DNA of 64,000 bases, taken from Eledone cirrhosa. Taxonomy: Eukaryota. Position 1 is the stretch's first letter. Each line of letters starts with the position of its first letter. A model generated the notes under the pieces. The model saw only the letters and a list, made by a program, of their open reading frames with translations, was not told the origin of the DNA and ran no database searches. Position numbers and translations under genes: made by a program. Shown one piece after another: positions 55,301-64,000 of this stretch. The stretch lies in assembly GCA_964016885.1 (NCBI GenBank), contig OZ024760.1, forward strand, positions 8,308,001 to 8,372,000, read 5' to 3'.

Positions 55301-58300
55301 ATCTATATTTATAAACCGAGGAATAGAGAGGTGTATAGAAGACACGCAGAAATGAAATAGCAAAGAAGAGTATGATTAACCTGTTGACTGCTGCGTATAT
55401 TTTACACAGCTACAGTTGCTGGGTCGGGGGTTTTTTTTCAGTAAAATGACTATATTTTTAAACAAATGTCACATCAATAAACAAGTAACCCCATCTAGCT
55501 TTGTAGTTATGAACTGTTGGAAACGAGGTCATAACTTTGTAGTTATGAACTGTTGGAAACGAGTTCATAACTTTGAAGTTATGAACTGTTGGAAACGAGT
55601 TCAAAAATGTTAGGACTTGTTATCTCGTCTACGGCACTGGAATGCATACCTGTTAGGACTTGTTATCTCGTCTACGGCACTGAAGAGGTTAAGTCACTCC
55701 CACTTACTTTCTCATAGACACACACAGAAATGAAATAGCAAAGAGGAGTATCATTAACCCTTTAGCATTTACATTACTCTATATATACTATTATATTTTC
55801 ATGGTAAAGGCTTTACATCACATAATTATCTCGCACAATATCAAATCTATGAGATTTTGATATTTATTTTGAGAACAATATCTTAACATCAGTATGAGTG
55901 GCCAGTTATAGCCAGTTTGAACAGAAAGGTGAGAGGATACAGCCGATTTAAATGCTAATGGGTTAATTCACTCCCACTTACTTTCTCGTACAGACCTCTA
56001 CACACACAACATACACACACAGAAATAAAATAATAAAGAGGAGTATCATTAAGTCACCAGCACTTACTTTCTCGTACATCCAGTTTGGCTTCTGAACTCT
56101 CTCTCCACTGGAATTTGGACACCTGATTGGACATCTGTTGCAGAGCCCCATGGTAACTCCGGCATCGATAGAAACCAACATCAGATTTCTTGACATTGTA
56201 TATTTGTAGGATACCTGATGGTAGTGTTGTATACCTGTGGATGTTAAAAGGACATTTTAGGACTTAAGGGGAATTACAACAAAAAAAAAAAATAATTACA
56301 TAACTCAAAGACATTTGAACACTCCAGATAGAGCTGCTACTTCTCCGAATTGAGAGATCACAGCTCCGTAGAAGTTAGAATGGCCATGTAGTTAGAATGT
56401 CTCAGGAAAGAATCTCTGGACAGATTTGTAACTCGGAGATCAGACAGTCACTCCAGGTGGAGTTGCTACTTCTCCGAATTGAGAGATCACAGCTCCGATA
56501 CTATGGGCATGTGGTTAGAATGTCTCAGGAAAGAATCACTGGACAGATTTTACTGTCAAAAACCAACTGGTAGAAGACCCAGGAGTAGACCCCGAGCAAG
56601 ATGGTTGGATAACATCCATGAGCTTGGCTGGTCACGCTTGAGGATCAAGCCAGATCAGTTGGAGACAGTTGCCTCTGACAGGACCCACCGGAAGGATTGT
56701 TTGAGGACTGCCTCCCATGACCATCTTAGGAATAAGTGGGTGAAGATGAAAAAGAAGAAGAACACAGTTGGATTTTCACATTTTATTTTGTATTTTCACA
56801 AATATTTTCATGTCTGCTGTGACATTCTTCAGCCAAATGTTTACATCAACACATTTTATTGAATACTAATATACGAACCATATTAATGTGGCTCAACAAA
56901 ATCCCAGACCTCATTCACTTATCAGGTGGGGTGGAACTCGTTAAATCGGAAAGTGTTTGCATTACTAATACTATCTACCAGTCTAACTCCAAATCATGAC
57001 CAGACAAAAAAAAAAAGTGAAACACAGCACATATACCACCTACACCCCCAACACACACACACACAGACTGTCCTTGGACATAGTCCTATTTGATCACAAC
57101 TGACCTGAGGCTAAACATCAACAACAATTAAGAACTTAATTCCAATGAAGCAAACAGCTAAGTAATCACTCAACCTGCTAGAAATAGCAGGCTTTCAAAC
57201 TCTACAAATGGCTTGCCTCAAAAGTTAAACGGAAAGTCTAGCACCCCTTGTGATCAAGTATGCGACTATTGATTATATAGGGTGTATTAACACATTGTAT
57301 ATAGATATATAACTTACGTTCCACTAAGTCAAACTCAAAATCTGTTTCATTCCTTTAACCCCTTACATTATATTTATTATTGTATTTTCATGGTAAAGGC
57401 TTTACCTCACATAACATCTTACATAATATCGAATCTAGGTTGTTGGAGACACATGTGGGGCAATGGAGATACACATGTAGGTTGTTGGAGCCACATGTAG
57501 GCTGTTGGAAACATAGATCTAGGTCGTTGGAGACACACATGTAGGTCATTGGAGACACATCTAGGTCGTTTGAGAGACACATGTAGGTCATTGGAGACAC
57601 ATGTAGGTCATTGTAGACACATGTAGGTCATTGTAGACACATGTAGGTCGTTGGAGACACACATGTAGGTCATTGGAGACACGCATGTAGGTCGTTGGAG
57701 ACACACATGTAGGTCATTGGAGACACATGTAGGTCGTTTGGGAGACACATGTAGGTCGTTTGAGAGACACATGTAGGTCATTGTAGACACATGTAGGTCG
57801 TTGGAGACACATGTAGGTCGTTGGAGACACATGTAGGTCGTTTGAGAGACACATGTAGGTCATTGTAGACACACATGTAGGTCGTTGGAGACACATGTAG
57901 GTCGTTGGAGACACATGTAGGTCATTGGAGACATGTAGATCGTTGGAATGGTGTGACCATGGTGTGGAAGGTGGCTGATGTAGGTGAAAAGGAAAATGAC
58001 TTTAAGAAAGCTTCTCTTAAAAAGTTGGGCCCTGCTGATTTAGTGAGTTAAGTGAACTTGACAAATAACTAGGTAGCAAACTAGTAACACAAGACTTTGT
58101 AGGGGTGTTGTAATGACATACAGCATTTCTTGGGCATTTTAAGCCTGACAGAGCCCATCCCTCTCCAGGCCTAATAATACTAAGCAGTTTATTTTAAAAT
58201 GTTCATAATTATTTTAAAAACTTCCATGATAATTAGCTGAACTAGACAATAGCTAACTAGCTTCATCAGACAATAGCTAGATAGCTAAACAAAACAATAG

Positions 58301-61300
58301 AAAGCTTGGTGGACTTGAAAATACCTAGATAGATGAACTAAACAACAACTAGCTTGCTGAACTGAACAATAGCTAAATTGCTGGACTAAACAATAGCTAG
58401 ACTGAACTGGACAATAGCTAGCTTGCTGAAGTAGACAATAGCTAACCAGCAAACTGAACTAGACAATGGCTGAATTAGATAGTAACTAGACAGATAGCTA
58501 AAGTTGTCAATAATTAGATAGCTGGACTAGATAAAAGCTAAGTAACTGGATAAGGCAATAGCTAGATAGTTAAATAGCTAAACTAGACAATAAATATCTA
58601 CCTAGCTGAACTAGACAATAGATATCTAACTAGCTGGACTAAACAACAGCTACATAGCTAGCTAACTAGCTGGACTAAACAACAGCTACATAGCTAGCTA
58701 ACTAGCTGGACTAAACAACAGCTACATAGCTAGCTAACTAGCTGGACTAAACAACAGCTACATAGCTAGCTAACTAGCTGGACTAAACAACAGCTACATA
58801 ACTAGCTGAAATAGACAATAGCTAGCTACTCTGATCTAATCTGTAATTAGTTAGCTAACTTTGTAATTTTCTAAATCCTGAGAGAGAGAAGTGGGGTATT
58901 TCAAAAGAAGGAGGCTTCCTAATTCAACAAAGCATGTAGTACATATGGTGCTTTAATTAGCTCTATCTTTATTAAGGCTGAGAGTTTCATGTGACATCTG
59001 CTACAATTATTGTTATTTACATGTTGGCTTGGAAAGTCTTGGCACTGCTCCGTCTTCTTTGTTCTAGGGTCACAGAACCTTGTACTTCACACACACACAG
59101 AACCTTGTACTTCACACACACACAGAACCTTGTACTTCACACACACACACAACCTTGTACTTCACACCCATACACACACTGAAGCCTGCACTTGACACAC
59201 ACACACACTGAAGCCTGCACTTGACACACACATATCCTAACCCTACCACAATGTTTTATGGTTAGATGCTTTTCTTCAATACATATTCTTATATAGAGAT
59301 TAAGATGTATGGAATGATGACTACAATGATTTCTCCTTGTTGACCTCTCTCTGCTCTCAGTCTTCCAATACCAGGGATCAACTCTTCCAATACAAAGGAT
59401 CAACACTTTCAATACCAGGGATCAACACTTCCGATACCAGGGATCAACTCTTCCAATACCAGGGATCAACTCTTCCAATACCAGGGATCAACTCTTCCAA
59501 TACAAGGGATCAACTCTTCCAATACAAGGGATCAACACTTCCAATACCAGGGATCAACACTTCCAATACCAGGGATCAACACTTCCGATACCAGGGATCA
59601 ACTCTTCCAATACCAGGGATCAACTCTTCCAATACAAGGGATCAACACTTCCAATACCAGGGATCAACACTTTCAATACCAGGGATCAACACTTCCGATA
59701 CCAGGGATCAAATCTTCCAATACCAGGGATCAAATCTTCCAATACCAGGGATCAACTCTTCCAATACCAGGGATCAACACTTCCAATACCAGGGATCAAC
59801 TCTTCCAATACCAGGGATCAACACTTCCAATACCAGGGATCAACTCTTCCAATACAAGGGATCAAATCTTCCAATACCAGGGATCAACACTTCCAATACC
59901 AGGGATAAACACTTCTAATACCAGGGATCAACACTTCTAATACCAGGGATCAACACTTCCAATACCAGGGATCAACACTTCCAATACCAGGGATCAACTC
60001 TTCCAATACCAGGGATCAACACTTCCAATACCAGGGATCAACTCTTCCAATACCAGGGATCAACTCTTCCAATACAAAGGATCAACACTTCCAATACCAG
60101 GGATCAACACTTCCAATACCAGGGATCAACACTTCCAATACCAGGGATCAACACTTCCACAATACCAGGGATCAACACTTCCAATACCAGGGTTCACTTC
60201 TCACTATATAACTCTCTCCCTTGAAAAAGTCTATTAAAATTAAATCTTGAGAGGGAGGGATGGATACACCAAGTTTTAATCCCAGCCCCCCCCAAGATAT
60301 GTTGTATTTTATGACAGCCCCATTACTCCAGCATGAGTGACTAGCTGAAGGAAGGATGTATATAATATGTCTCAGAACCCTTATAGACCCCTAAGATCAT
60401 ACACACTTCATTTCTTTCCAGCCCCCACAGATCTACATTTAATCTTTAGCATACTAGTAATTTCTATGAGTTGTTTCCCTTGACACTGTATTATCTATTA
60501 AGGGGAGATTACTCATATGGCAGATTAATCATGTGTCACCCACAGTGTCCTGAAGGTTAATAGCCAACGACTTATTATACTTTACTTCATTCAACAAAGG
60601 GGAGATTACTCATATGGCACCATGTGTCACCCACAGTGTCCTGAAGGTTAATAGCCAACGACTTATTACACCTTACTTCATTCAAAGAAGGGGAGATTAC
60701 TCATATGGCACCATGTGTCACCCACAGTGTCCTGAAGGTTAATAGCCAACGACTTATTACACCTTACTTCATTCAAAGAAGGGGAGATTACTCATATGGC
60801 ACCATGTGTCACCCACAGTGTCCTGAAGGTTAATAGCCAACGACTTATTACACCTTACTTCATTCAAAGAAGGGGAGATTACTCATATGGCACCATGTGT
60901 CACCAGTGTCCTGAAGGTTAATAGCCAGCGACTTATTATACCTTACTTCATTCAAAGAAGGGGAGATTACTCATATGGCACCATGTGTCACCAGTGTCCT
61001 GAAGGTTAATAGCCAACGACTTATTATACCTTACTTCATTCAAAGAAGAGAAAGATATTTTTTACTGTCAAAATATCATACAATAATCTATATATAAATT
61101 TCTGTGATTCTGTCACAACACATAAAGAGAGAGGAGGAGTAGTTTGACTACCTCATACTATTCCTCTCTCTTTACGTTTGTTGCCTTCATGAATGTATGT
61201 ATGTGTAAAAAGAAGGAAGGGAATGGTGAAAGTGTGAATGTATGTGTATTTCTGTGATGTCTGTGAGTGTATATTTTTGTAAGCATGTCTGTGTTTGCAC

Positions 61301-61591
61301 GTCTATATTCATATACTCATACATATAAATGTATACATATGCATATATATACACACGCACACACATATACACATGTGTCAGCATATGGAAAAAAATTTGA
61401 GTTCTTAAAAATAGTCAATAAAGAAGCAAAGACAAAAAAAACGTACCTGGGGTTATTTGGAAGTTGCATTTTATCCTTTTCCCACACATAAACAGCATGT
61501 GGGACTGCTTTAATGTTGCACTGGAAAGTGGCAACACCACCTATATACGCTACTTGAGATTCAGGTTCTTGGATATATGATGGTTGAATAC
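17290..61591 (-). CDS. PRTG: Protogenin-like Ig/FN3 cell-surface receptor (DCC/neogenin/PRTG family), partial: 13 exons encoding Ig2-Ig4 and FN3-1 to FN3-4
   Basis: Manual splicing: join(complement) 61447-61591, 56068-56234, 53572-53700, 51590-51739, 50885-51039, 49928-50060, 47610-47747, 45320-45472, 44130-44318, 43192-43314, 33853-34038, 21373-21631, 17290-17417. All introns are GT-AG, phases chain correctly and the 2055 nt are open. Motifs [51 protein letters not shown] and domain order match vertebrate protogenin as I recall it; not database-checked. Confidence 0.88.
17484..17985. repeat. ~48-bp minisatellite derived from a TTAA-MITE left end
   Basis: TTAACCCTTTCATTACCATATTTCTAATGAAAGACACTGTCTATGTCA, about 10 copies. 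Confidence 0.9.
18522..18587 (+). ncRNA. Type I hammerhead ribozyme motif starting at the centre of a palindrome
   Basis: CTGATGA (18526)-stem II GAGCTGGAC/GTCTAGTTT-GAAA-CC ttt GG-TA; stem I is weak because the inversion truncates it. Confidence 0.6.
19040..19300 (+). mobile_element. SINE 3' part with RTE-type tail; others at 40550-40838 and 54867-55082
   Basis: GGAAGGGCATCCAGCCGTAGAAA...ACCCATGC...GGACGTTAAACGATGATGATG. Confidence 0.75.
19582..19895 (+). mobile_element. Full SINE (16-bp TSD ATTATGAGTTGGTAGA) plus a 5'-truncated SINE
   Basis: TSD at 19564-19579 and 19768-19783. Confidence 0.85.
20038..20255 (-). mobile_element. CORE-like tRNA SINE
   Basis: Reverse complement of 47839-48056. 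Confidence 0.82.
20338..20386 (-). ncRNA. Type I hammerhead ribozyme motif (gene-sense copy in a palindrome)
   Basis: GATTC-CTGATGA-tTTCTaaAGAAt-GAAA-CAG ttctagtc CTG-TA-GAATC. Confidence 0.78.
20391..20447 (+). ncRNA. Type I hammerhead ribozyme motif (inverted partner)
   Basis: ATGAGATTC-CTGATGA-stem II-GAAA-CAG...CTG-TA-GAATCTCAT (9-bp stem I). Confidence 0.8.
20754..20820 (-). ncRNA. Minimal type I hammerhead ribozyme, tandem copy (downstream in transcript)
   Basis: TTTTAT-CTGATGA-stem II (ACAAATAT/ATGTTTGT)-GAAA-TGCGCA-TA-ATAAAA. Confidence 0.8.
20961..21027 (-). ncRNA. Minimal type I hammerhead ribozyme, tandem copy (upstream in transcript)
   Basis: Identical to 20754-20820, offset by 207 nt. 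Confidence 0.8.
21373..21631 (-). CDS. PRTG: PRTG-like exon, FN3-3 end plus FN3-4 start ([14 protein letters not shown]...[54 protein letters not shown])
   Basis: Acceptor tgtgttccag, donor gtaagt, 259 nt, phase 1 to 2; this is the only real part of the 1127-aa repeat ORF. Confidence 0.9.
21720..25310. repeat. ~52-bp G-rich minisatellite
   Basis: GGGGTGAAGGACCAAACAGGAGACTGACTGACCAGCTGGGAAGGCAGGGGGA, more than 60 copies. Confidence 0.97.
25958..25993 (+). ncRNA. Minimal type I hammerhead ribozyme motif (Penelope-type)
   Basis: TCTT-CTGATGA-a-GGAC tagc GTCC-GAAA-CG-TT-AAGA. Confidence 0.78.
27067..29016. repeat. 40-bp minisatellite, about 49 near-perfect copies
   Basis: GACCTAGCACTCTGTTGACACAGGCAATGTTATCCCTCTG. 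Confidence 0.97.
29340..29710 (-). mobile_element. Decayed LINE reverse transcriptase fragment
   Basis: [12 protein letters not shown]...[12 protein letters not shown] on the minus strand. Confidence 0.75.
29753..29877 (+). ncRNA. Type I hammerhead ribozyme motif with greatly extended stem II
   Basis: TATTTc-CTGAAGA-GATACGGC...(~70 nt, internal GTGGAG/CTCCAC)...GCTGTATT-GAAA-CGT ttgtag ACG-TA-tAAATA. Confidence 0.7.
30160..30930. repeat. Degenerate minisatellite plus three ~72-bp repeats
   Basis: gacatgtcatatgttggtagaaca units; ggtcctagggc..ggacaccagaaatctccactg x3. Confidence 0.85.
31105..31945. repeat. 24-bp minisatellite TTGTGGTTGTTATTGCTGGTTTTA
   Basis: Direct reading. Confidence 0.96.
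33853..34038 (-). CDS. PRTG: PRTG-like exon, FN3-3 N-part ([62 protein letters not shown])
   Basis: Acceptor ttcttgctctag, donor G|gtaagg, 186 nt, phase 1 to 1. Confidence 0.9.
36047..36259 (+). mobile_element. MITE family A copy
   Basis: TTAA TSD and TIRs. Confidence 0.8.
36875..37103 (+). mobile_element. MITE family A copy
   Basis: TTAACCCTTTAGCATTTA...TAAATGCTAAAGAGTTAA. Confidence 0.85.
37752..38272 (+). mobile_element. Cluster of three tandem Nin-like SINEs
   Basis: Repeated A/B boxes and core. Confidence 0.85.
38930..39960. repeat. Degenerate ATGTGAAAT repeat (38930-39365) and (GAT/GGT)n (39510-39960)
   Basis: Direct reading. Confidence 0.9.
40923..41420 (+). mobile_element. Two Nin-like SINEs separated by a MITE C fragment
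   Basis: Family homology. Confidence 0.8.
42230..42785. repeat. 58-bp minisatellite
   Basis: taggctatgcaatagttaaattacttagctagagagctaatacttccaacataaaa units. Confidence 0.92.
43192..43314 (-). CDS. PRTG: PRTG-like exon, FN3-2 C-part ([41 protein letters not shown])
   Basis: Acceptor cttctttgcag, donor AG|gtaaaa, 123 nt; not in the ORF track. Confidence 0.9.
43343..43552 (+). mobile_element. MITE family A copy, left TIR eroded, about 30 nt from the exon acceptor
   Basis: Internal homology and right end aaatgctaaagggttaa. Confidence 0.75.
44130..44318 (-). CDS. PRTG: PRTG-like exon, FN3-2 N-part ([62 protein letters not shown])
   Basis: Acceptor ctctgttcag, donor G|gtatgt, 189 nt; protogenin-type YRRG motif. 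Confidence 0.92.
44370..44715 (+). mobile_element. CORE-like SINE with RTE-like 3' tail; close copy at 62236-62560
   Basis: tRNA head, CCTTGAGCAAGACAC, GGTTGGTGTT.GGAAGGGCATCCAGC, (GAT)n tail. Confidence 0.8.
45320..45472 (-). CDS. PRTG: PRTG-like exon, FN3-1 C-half ([50 protein letters not shown])
   Basis: Acceptor cttatacag, donor gtaagt, 153 nt; LxPxTxY motif. Confidence 0.92.
45690..47225. repeat. 42-bp minisatellite following an RTE fragment (45590-45690)
   Basis: CAGACAGTTGACAATGACCCTCTGATGTGTTTCACAGACCAT, about 36 copies. Confidence 0.97.
47610..47747 (-). CDS. PRTG: PRTG-like exon, FN3-1 N-half ([45 protein letters not shown])
   Basis: Acceptor gaatcag, donor gtttgt, 138 nt, phase 1 to 1; PxPPxNV...SWQPP...Y motif. 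Confidence 0.88.
47839..48056 (+). mobile_element. tRNA-derived SINE with CORE-like domain; near-identical inverted copy at 20038-20255
   Basis: A box TGGCTGAGTGG, B box GAGTTCGATTCC, GTCCTTGAGCAAGACACTTT. Confidence 0.82.
49050..49340 (+). mobile_element. RTE LINE fragment
   Basis: [20 protein letters not shown]...[12 protein letters not shown]...[10 protein letters not shown]...ILQGTVKG. Confidence 0.8.
49928..50060 (-). CDS. PRTG: PRTG-like exon, Ig4 C-half ([44 protein letters not shown])
   Basis: Acceptor gagcag (NAGNAG, so the start could shift by 3 nt), donor G|gtaaat, 133 nt; [11 protein letters not shown] motif. Confidence 0.9.
50240..50750 (-). mobile_element. Cluster of Nin-like SINEs on the minus strand; another at 48215-48358
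   Basis: ggatgaaaggcaaagttaac...gatttgaactcag repeated. Confidence 0.78.
50885..51039 (-). CDS. PRTG: PRTG-like exon, Ig4 N-half ([51 protein letters not shown])
   Basis: Acceptor ctttatctag, donor gtaagt, 155 nt, phase 1 to 0. Confidence 0.9.
51590..51739 (-). CDS. PRTG: PRTG-like exon, Ig3 C-half ([50 protein letters not shown])
   Basis: Acceptor ttttttgtag, donor gtaagt, 150 nt; DSGNYIC motif. Confidence 0.92.
51938..52003 (-). ncRNA. Minimal type I hammerhead ribozyme motif (gene-sense copy in a long palindrome)
   Basis: TATTTTGT-CTGAGGA-stem II (CATATT/AATATG)-GAAA-TATATA-TA-ACGAAATA. Confidence 0.72.
52135..52200 (+). ncRNA. Minimal type I hammerhead ribozyme motif (inverted partner)
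   Basis: TATTTTGT-CTGAGGA-stem II-GAAA-TATATA-TA-ACAAAATA (8-bp stem I), with overlapping AATAAA. Confidence 0.75.
52510..53210 (-). mobile_element. Decayed Penelope-like element 3' part: GIY-YIG endonuclease pseudogene plus degenerate hammerhead
   Basis: CPL...VVYEAEV...[24 protein letters not shown], then after a frameshift [11 protein letters not shown]...FSIQW*...CKLCIDE...LN...CPH; downstream TTGAAAA...GAAACACGCGTC remnant. Confidence 0.8.
53572..53700 (-). CDS. PRTG: PRTG-like exon, Ig3 N-half ([42 protein letters not shown])
   Basis: Acceptor gttgctag, donor AG|gtaagc, 129 nt, phase 1 to 1; CxAxGxPxPxIxW motif. Confidence 0.92.
53822..54038 (+). mobile_element. MITE family A copy
   Basis: TTAACCCTTCAGCATTTA...TAAATGCTGAAGGGTTAA, perfect TIR. 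Confidence 0.85.
55376..55692 (-). mobile_element. TTAA-flanked MITE family B
   Basis: Reverse complement of 12157-12437, with internal subterminal tandem repeats. Confidence 0.78.
55754..55966 (+). mobile_element. MITE family A copy
   Basis: TTAA TSD and TIRs; paralogous empty site at 56049. Confidence 0.88.
56068..56234 (-). CDS. PRTG: PRTG-like exon, Ig2 C-half ([55 protein letters not shown])
   Basis: Acceptor catccacag, donor gtaagt, 167 nt, phase 2 to 1; DxGxYxC motif; this frame is not shown in the ORF track. Confidence 0.92.
56300..56760 (+). mobile_element. RTE LINE 3' end with a local duplication
   Basis: [19 protein letters not shown] motif and (GAA)n tail. Confidence 0.65.
57435..57945. 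repeat. 20-22-bp minisatellite GGAGACACATGTAGGTCGTT, replacing the right half of a MITE A
   Basis: Direct reading. Confidence 0.9.
59360..60195. repeat. 26-bp-scale minisatellite CTTCCAATACCAGGGATCAACA
   Basis: Direct reading. Confidence 0.93.
60500..61050. repeat. ~90-bp tandem repeat spanning a MITE C right end and its flank
   Basis: ggggagattactcatatggc...cctgaaggttaatagccaacgac x6. Confidence 0.9.
61447..61591 (-). CDS. PRTG: PRTG-like exon, Ig2 N-half ([48 protein letters not shown])
   Basis: Acceptor tgtatttcag, donor AG|gtacgt, 145 nt, phase 1 to 2; Ig Cys and Trp present. Confidence 0.92.
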
Positions 61592-61710
61592 CTGAAATAC
61601 ACAGAACACAGAAAAATAAAACACCTATCATCATCATCATCAACTCACACCTATGTAATTTTAGCTGGCCTCCTATGAGGTTACATTTCATACAATGTTT
61701 CTCCAACATT

Positions 61711-62142
61711 TTAACCCTTTATCATTTATATTACTCTATATTTACTAAGGGCGGTGGATTGGCAATATTGGTAGAGTGTCGGGCGCCATGCTTTGAAGCA
61801 TAGAGTTACCTCCCTTTATGATCCGAGTTCAAATCCCGCCGAGGTTAACTTTGTCTTTCATTCTTACGAGGTCGATAAAATAAAGTACCAGTAATGCACT
61901 GGAATAATTGCTGGCCTGGTGCCAAAAGTAGAAACAATTACTCTATATTTACTATTATATTTTCATGGTAAAGACTTTACCTCACATAATTATCTCATAG
62001 TATCGAATCTATGAGAGTTTGATATTATTTACTTTGAGAACAATACCTTATCATCGGTAAGAACAGCTGCTTATTGCCGGCTTGAACAGAAAGGTGAGAG
62101 CATTCTGGCCAGATACAGCCAGTTTAAATACTAAAGGGTTAA
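61711..62142 (+). mobile_element. MITE family A copy with a nested SINE (61749-61936)
   Basis: SINE flanked by 18-bp TSD ATTACTCTATATTTACTA (61730-61747 and 61937-61954). Confidence 0.85.
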
Positions 62143-62949
62143 AGATAGGAGCCCCAGTCCTATCACATTGCTACAGGTCACATCTATGTAGATTTAACTG
62201 GATTCCTACATAGTTGCATCTCATAGATTTTCTGTTAGAGCATTGGCCTTGCAATCGAAAGGTTGTGAGTTCAATTCTCAGACTGGGTGATGTGTTGTTT
62301 CCTTGAGCAAGACACTTTATTTCACATTGCTCCAGTTTACTCAACTGTATAAATGAGATGATAGGGACTGGGGTCCCTATCATTCCACTGCAAAGTGGTT
62401 GTGGAGGTGCCACGGCAAAAAAGCACCCAGCACTCACTGTAAATGAGGTTGGTGTTAGGAAGGGCATCCAGCTGTAGAAATCAAGCCAGTATCAGTTTCC
62501 GTCCCACCCTTGCAAGCAGGGAAAAGTGGACATAAAATGATGATGATGATGATGATGATATATATACACACACATAAACACATGTATGTGTGTGTGTGTA
62601 TATATATATAGAGAGAGGGGGGGGGTATAGGCCAGAAGATTGTTATCTCCAGTCTTACTTCCTTCTCTTCCTATTACTCCTGTATTAAGATGGTGGTGGT
62701 GGTGGTGGTGGTGGCAGTGGGGTGTCTCCAGAGTCCCCCCACTAATCTACCTATCTCCACTTGTCTATCTATCCAACTATTTAGCTATCTCTACCTGTCC
62801 AGTCGCCACTGTCTGTCCATCTGTCCAGCCAGCCAGCCACCTTCCTAACTATATATCTTATAGATTCTCCCCAGATAACACATGTAATTACACCAATGAT
62901 TAAGGACAGAAACCAAACTGTTATAAACAGGTCACAGCTATCCTACTTT

Positions 62950-63855
62950 ATACCACCACCACCACCACCACCATCACTGCTACCACCACCATTGCTACCA
63001 CCACCACCACCACCACCTCCAGTACCACCACCACCATAACCACCAACACTACCACTACCACCACTACCACCAACACCATTACCACCACCACCACCACCAC
63101 CACCACCACTTCCAGTACCACCACCATCACCACCACCACCACCATCACTGCTACCACCACCACCACCACCACTGCTACCACCACCACCACCATCACCACC
63201 AACACTACCACTACCACCACTACCATCACCACCACCACCACCACCACCTCCAGTACCACCACCACTACCATCACCACCACCGCTACCACCACCAACACCA
63301 TTACCACCACCACCACCACCACCTCCAGTACCACCACCACCACCACCACCACCATTACCACCACTATCACCACCACCACCACCGCTACCACCACCACCAC
63401 CATTACCACCACTATCACCACCAACACTACCACTACCACCACTACCATCACCACCACCGCTACCACCACCACCACTACCATCACCACCACCACCACCACC
63501 TCCACAAGTACAAGTGTTATGGTGGTGTTTAATTGTATGTGAGTGAGTGTGTGTCTGTGTGTGTAGTTATGTATGTATATATATGAGTGTGTGCATGTGT
63601 GTGTATGTATATATATGTCTGTGTGTGTGGTAGTTATGTATGTATATATCTATATGTGTGTGTAGTTATTTATGTATATATCTATTTTTACGAGTGTGTG
63701 TGTGTAGTTATGTATGTATGTGTGCGTGTGTGTGTGTGTAATTATGTATGTATATATATATATATATATATATCTTTCTATCTATCTGTGTGTGTGTGTA
63801 ATGTATGTATATATCTATCTATGTGTGTGTGTAGTTATGTATGTATGTAATTATG

Positions 63856-63892
<37 letters not shown>

Positions 63893-64000
63893 TTCTATCT
63901 ATCTGTGTGTGTGTGTGTAATGTATGTATATATCTATATGTGTGTGTAGTTATGTATGTATAGGTGTGTGTGTGTGTGTAGTTATGTATGTGTATATCTA
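62950..64000. repeat. (ACC)n repeat (62950-63505) and TG/TA low-complexity DNA
   Basis: Direct reading. Confidence 0.93.

Noticed and set aside
57318-57341. 24-nt micro-exon candidate with GTAAGT donor
   Set aside because: No pyrimidine tract, and it gives a stop in the phase-2 intron context
17290-61591. Alternative identity as neogenin/DCC, contactin or Dscam
   Set aside because: FN3-1 and FN3-2 motifs (YSVH, GAS..S..V.Q.T, YRRG) fit protogenin better, and there are no tandem alternative-exon arrays; a phylogeny would be decisive

Overview
Repeat-rich, AT-rich animal genomic DNA. The SINE, MITE and microsatellite content suggests a coleoid cephalopod, probably Octopus (inference). The window holds the internal part of one minus-strand gene, a protogenin (PRTG; DCC/neogenin-family Ig-FN3 receptor). 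I reconstructed 13 GT-AG exons with consistent phases (61591->17290; 2055 nt, 685 codons) encoding Ig2-Ig4 and FN3-1 to FN3-4. The signal peptide/Ig1 and the FN3-5/TM/cytoplasmic exons were not found and probably lie outside the window. Nearly all long ORFs in the supplied track are read-throughs of tandem repeats. The introns contain tRNA-derived SINEs, RTE LINE fragments, TTAA- and TA-flanked MITEs, many minisatellites and a decayed Penelope GIY-YIG fragment. The most notable hidden structure is a dense set of type I hammerhead ribozyme motifs (about 10 with intact CUGANGA/GAAA cores, plus decayed ones). Several sit head-to-head in long palindromes, one forms a tandem 207-nt dimer on the gene's sense strand, and unrelated copies share a TATTGAGTRC motif downstream.
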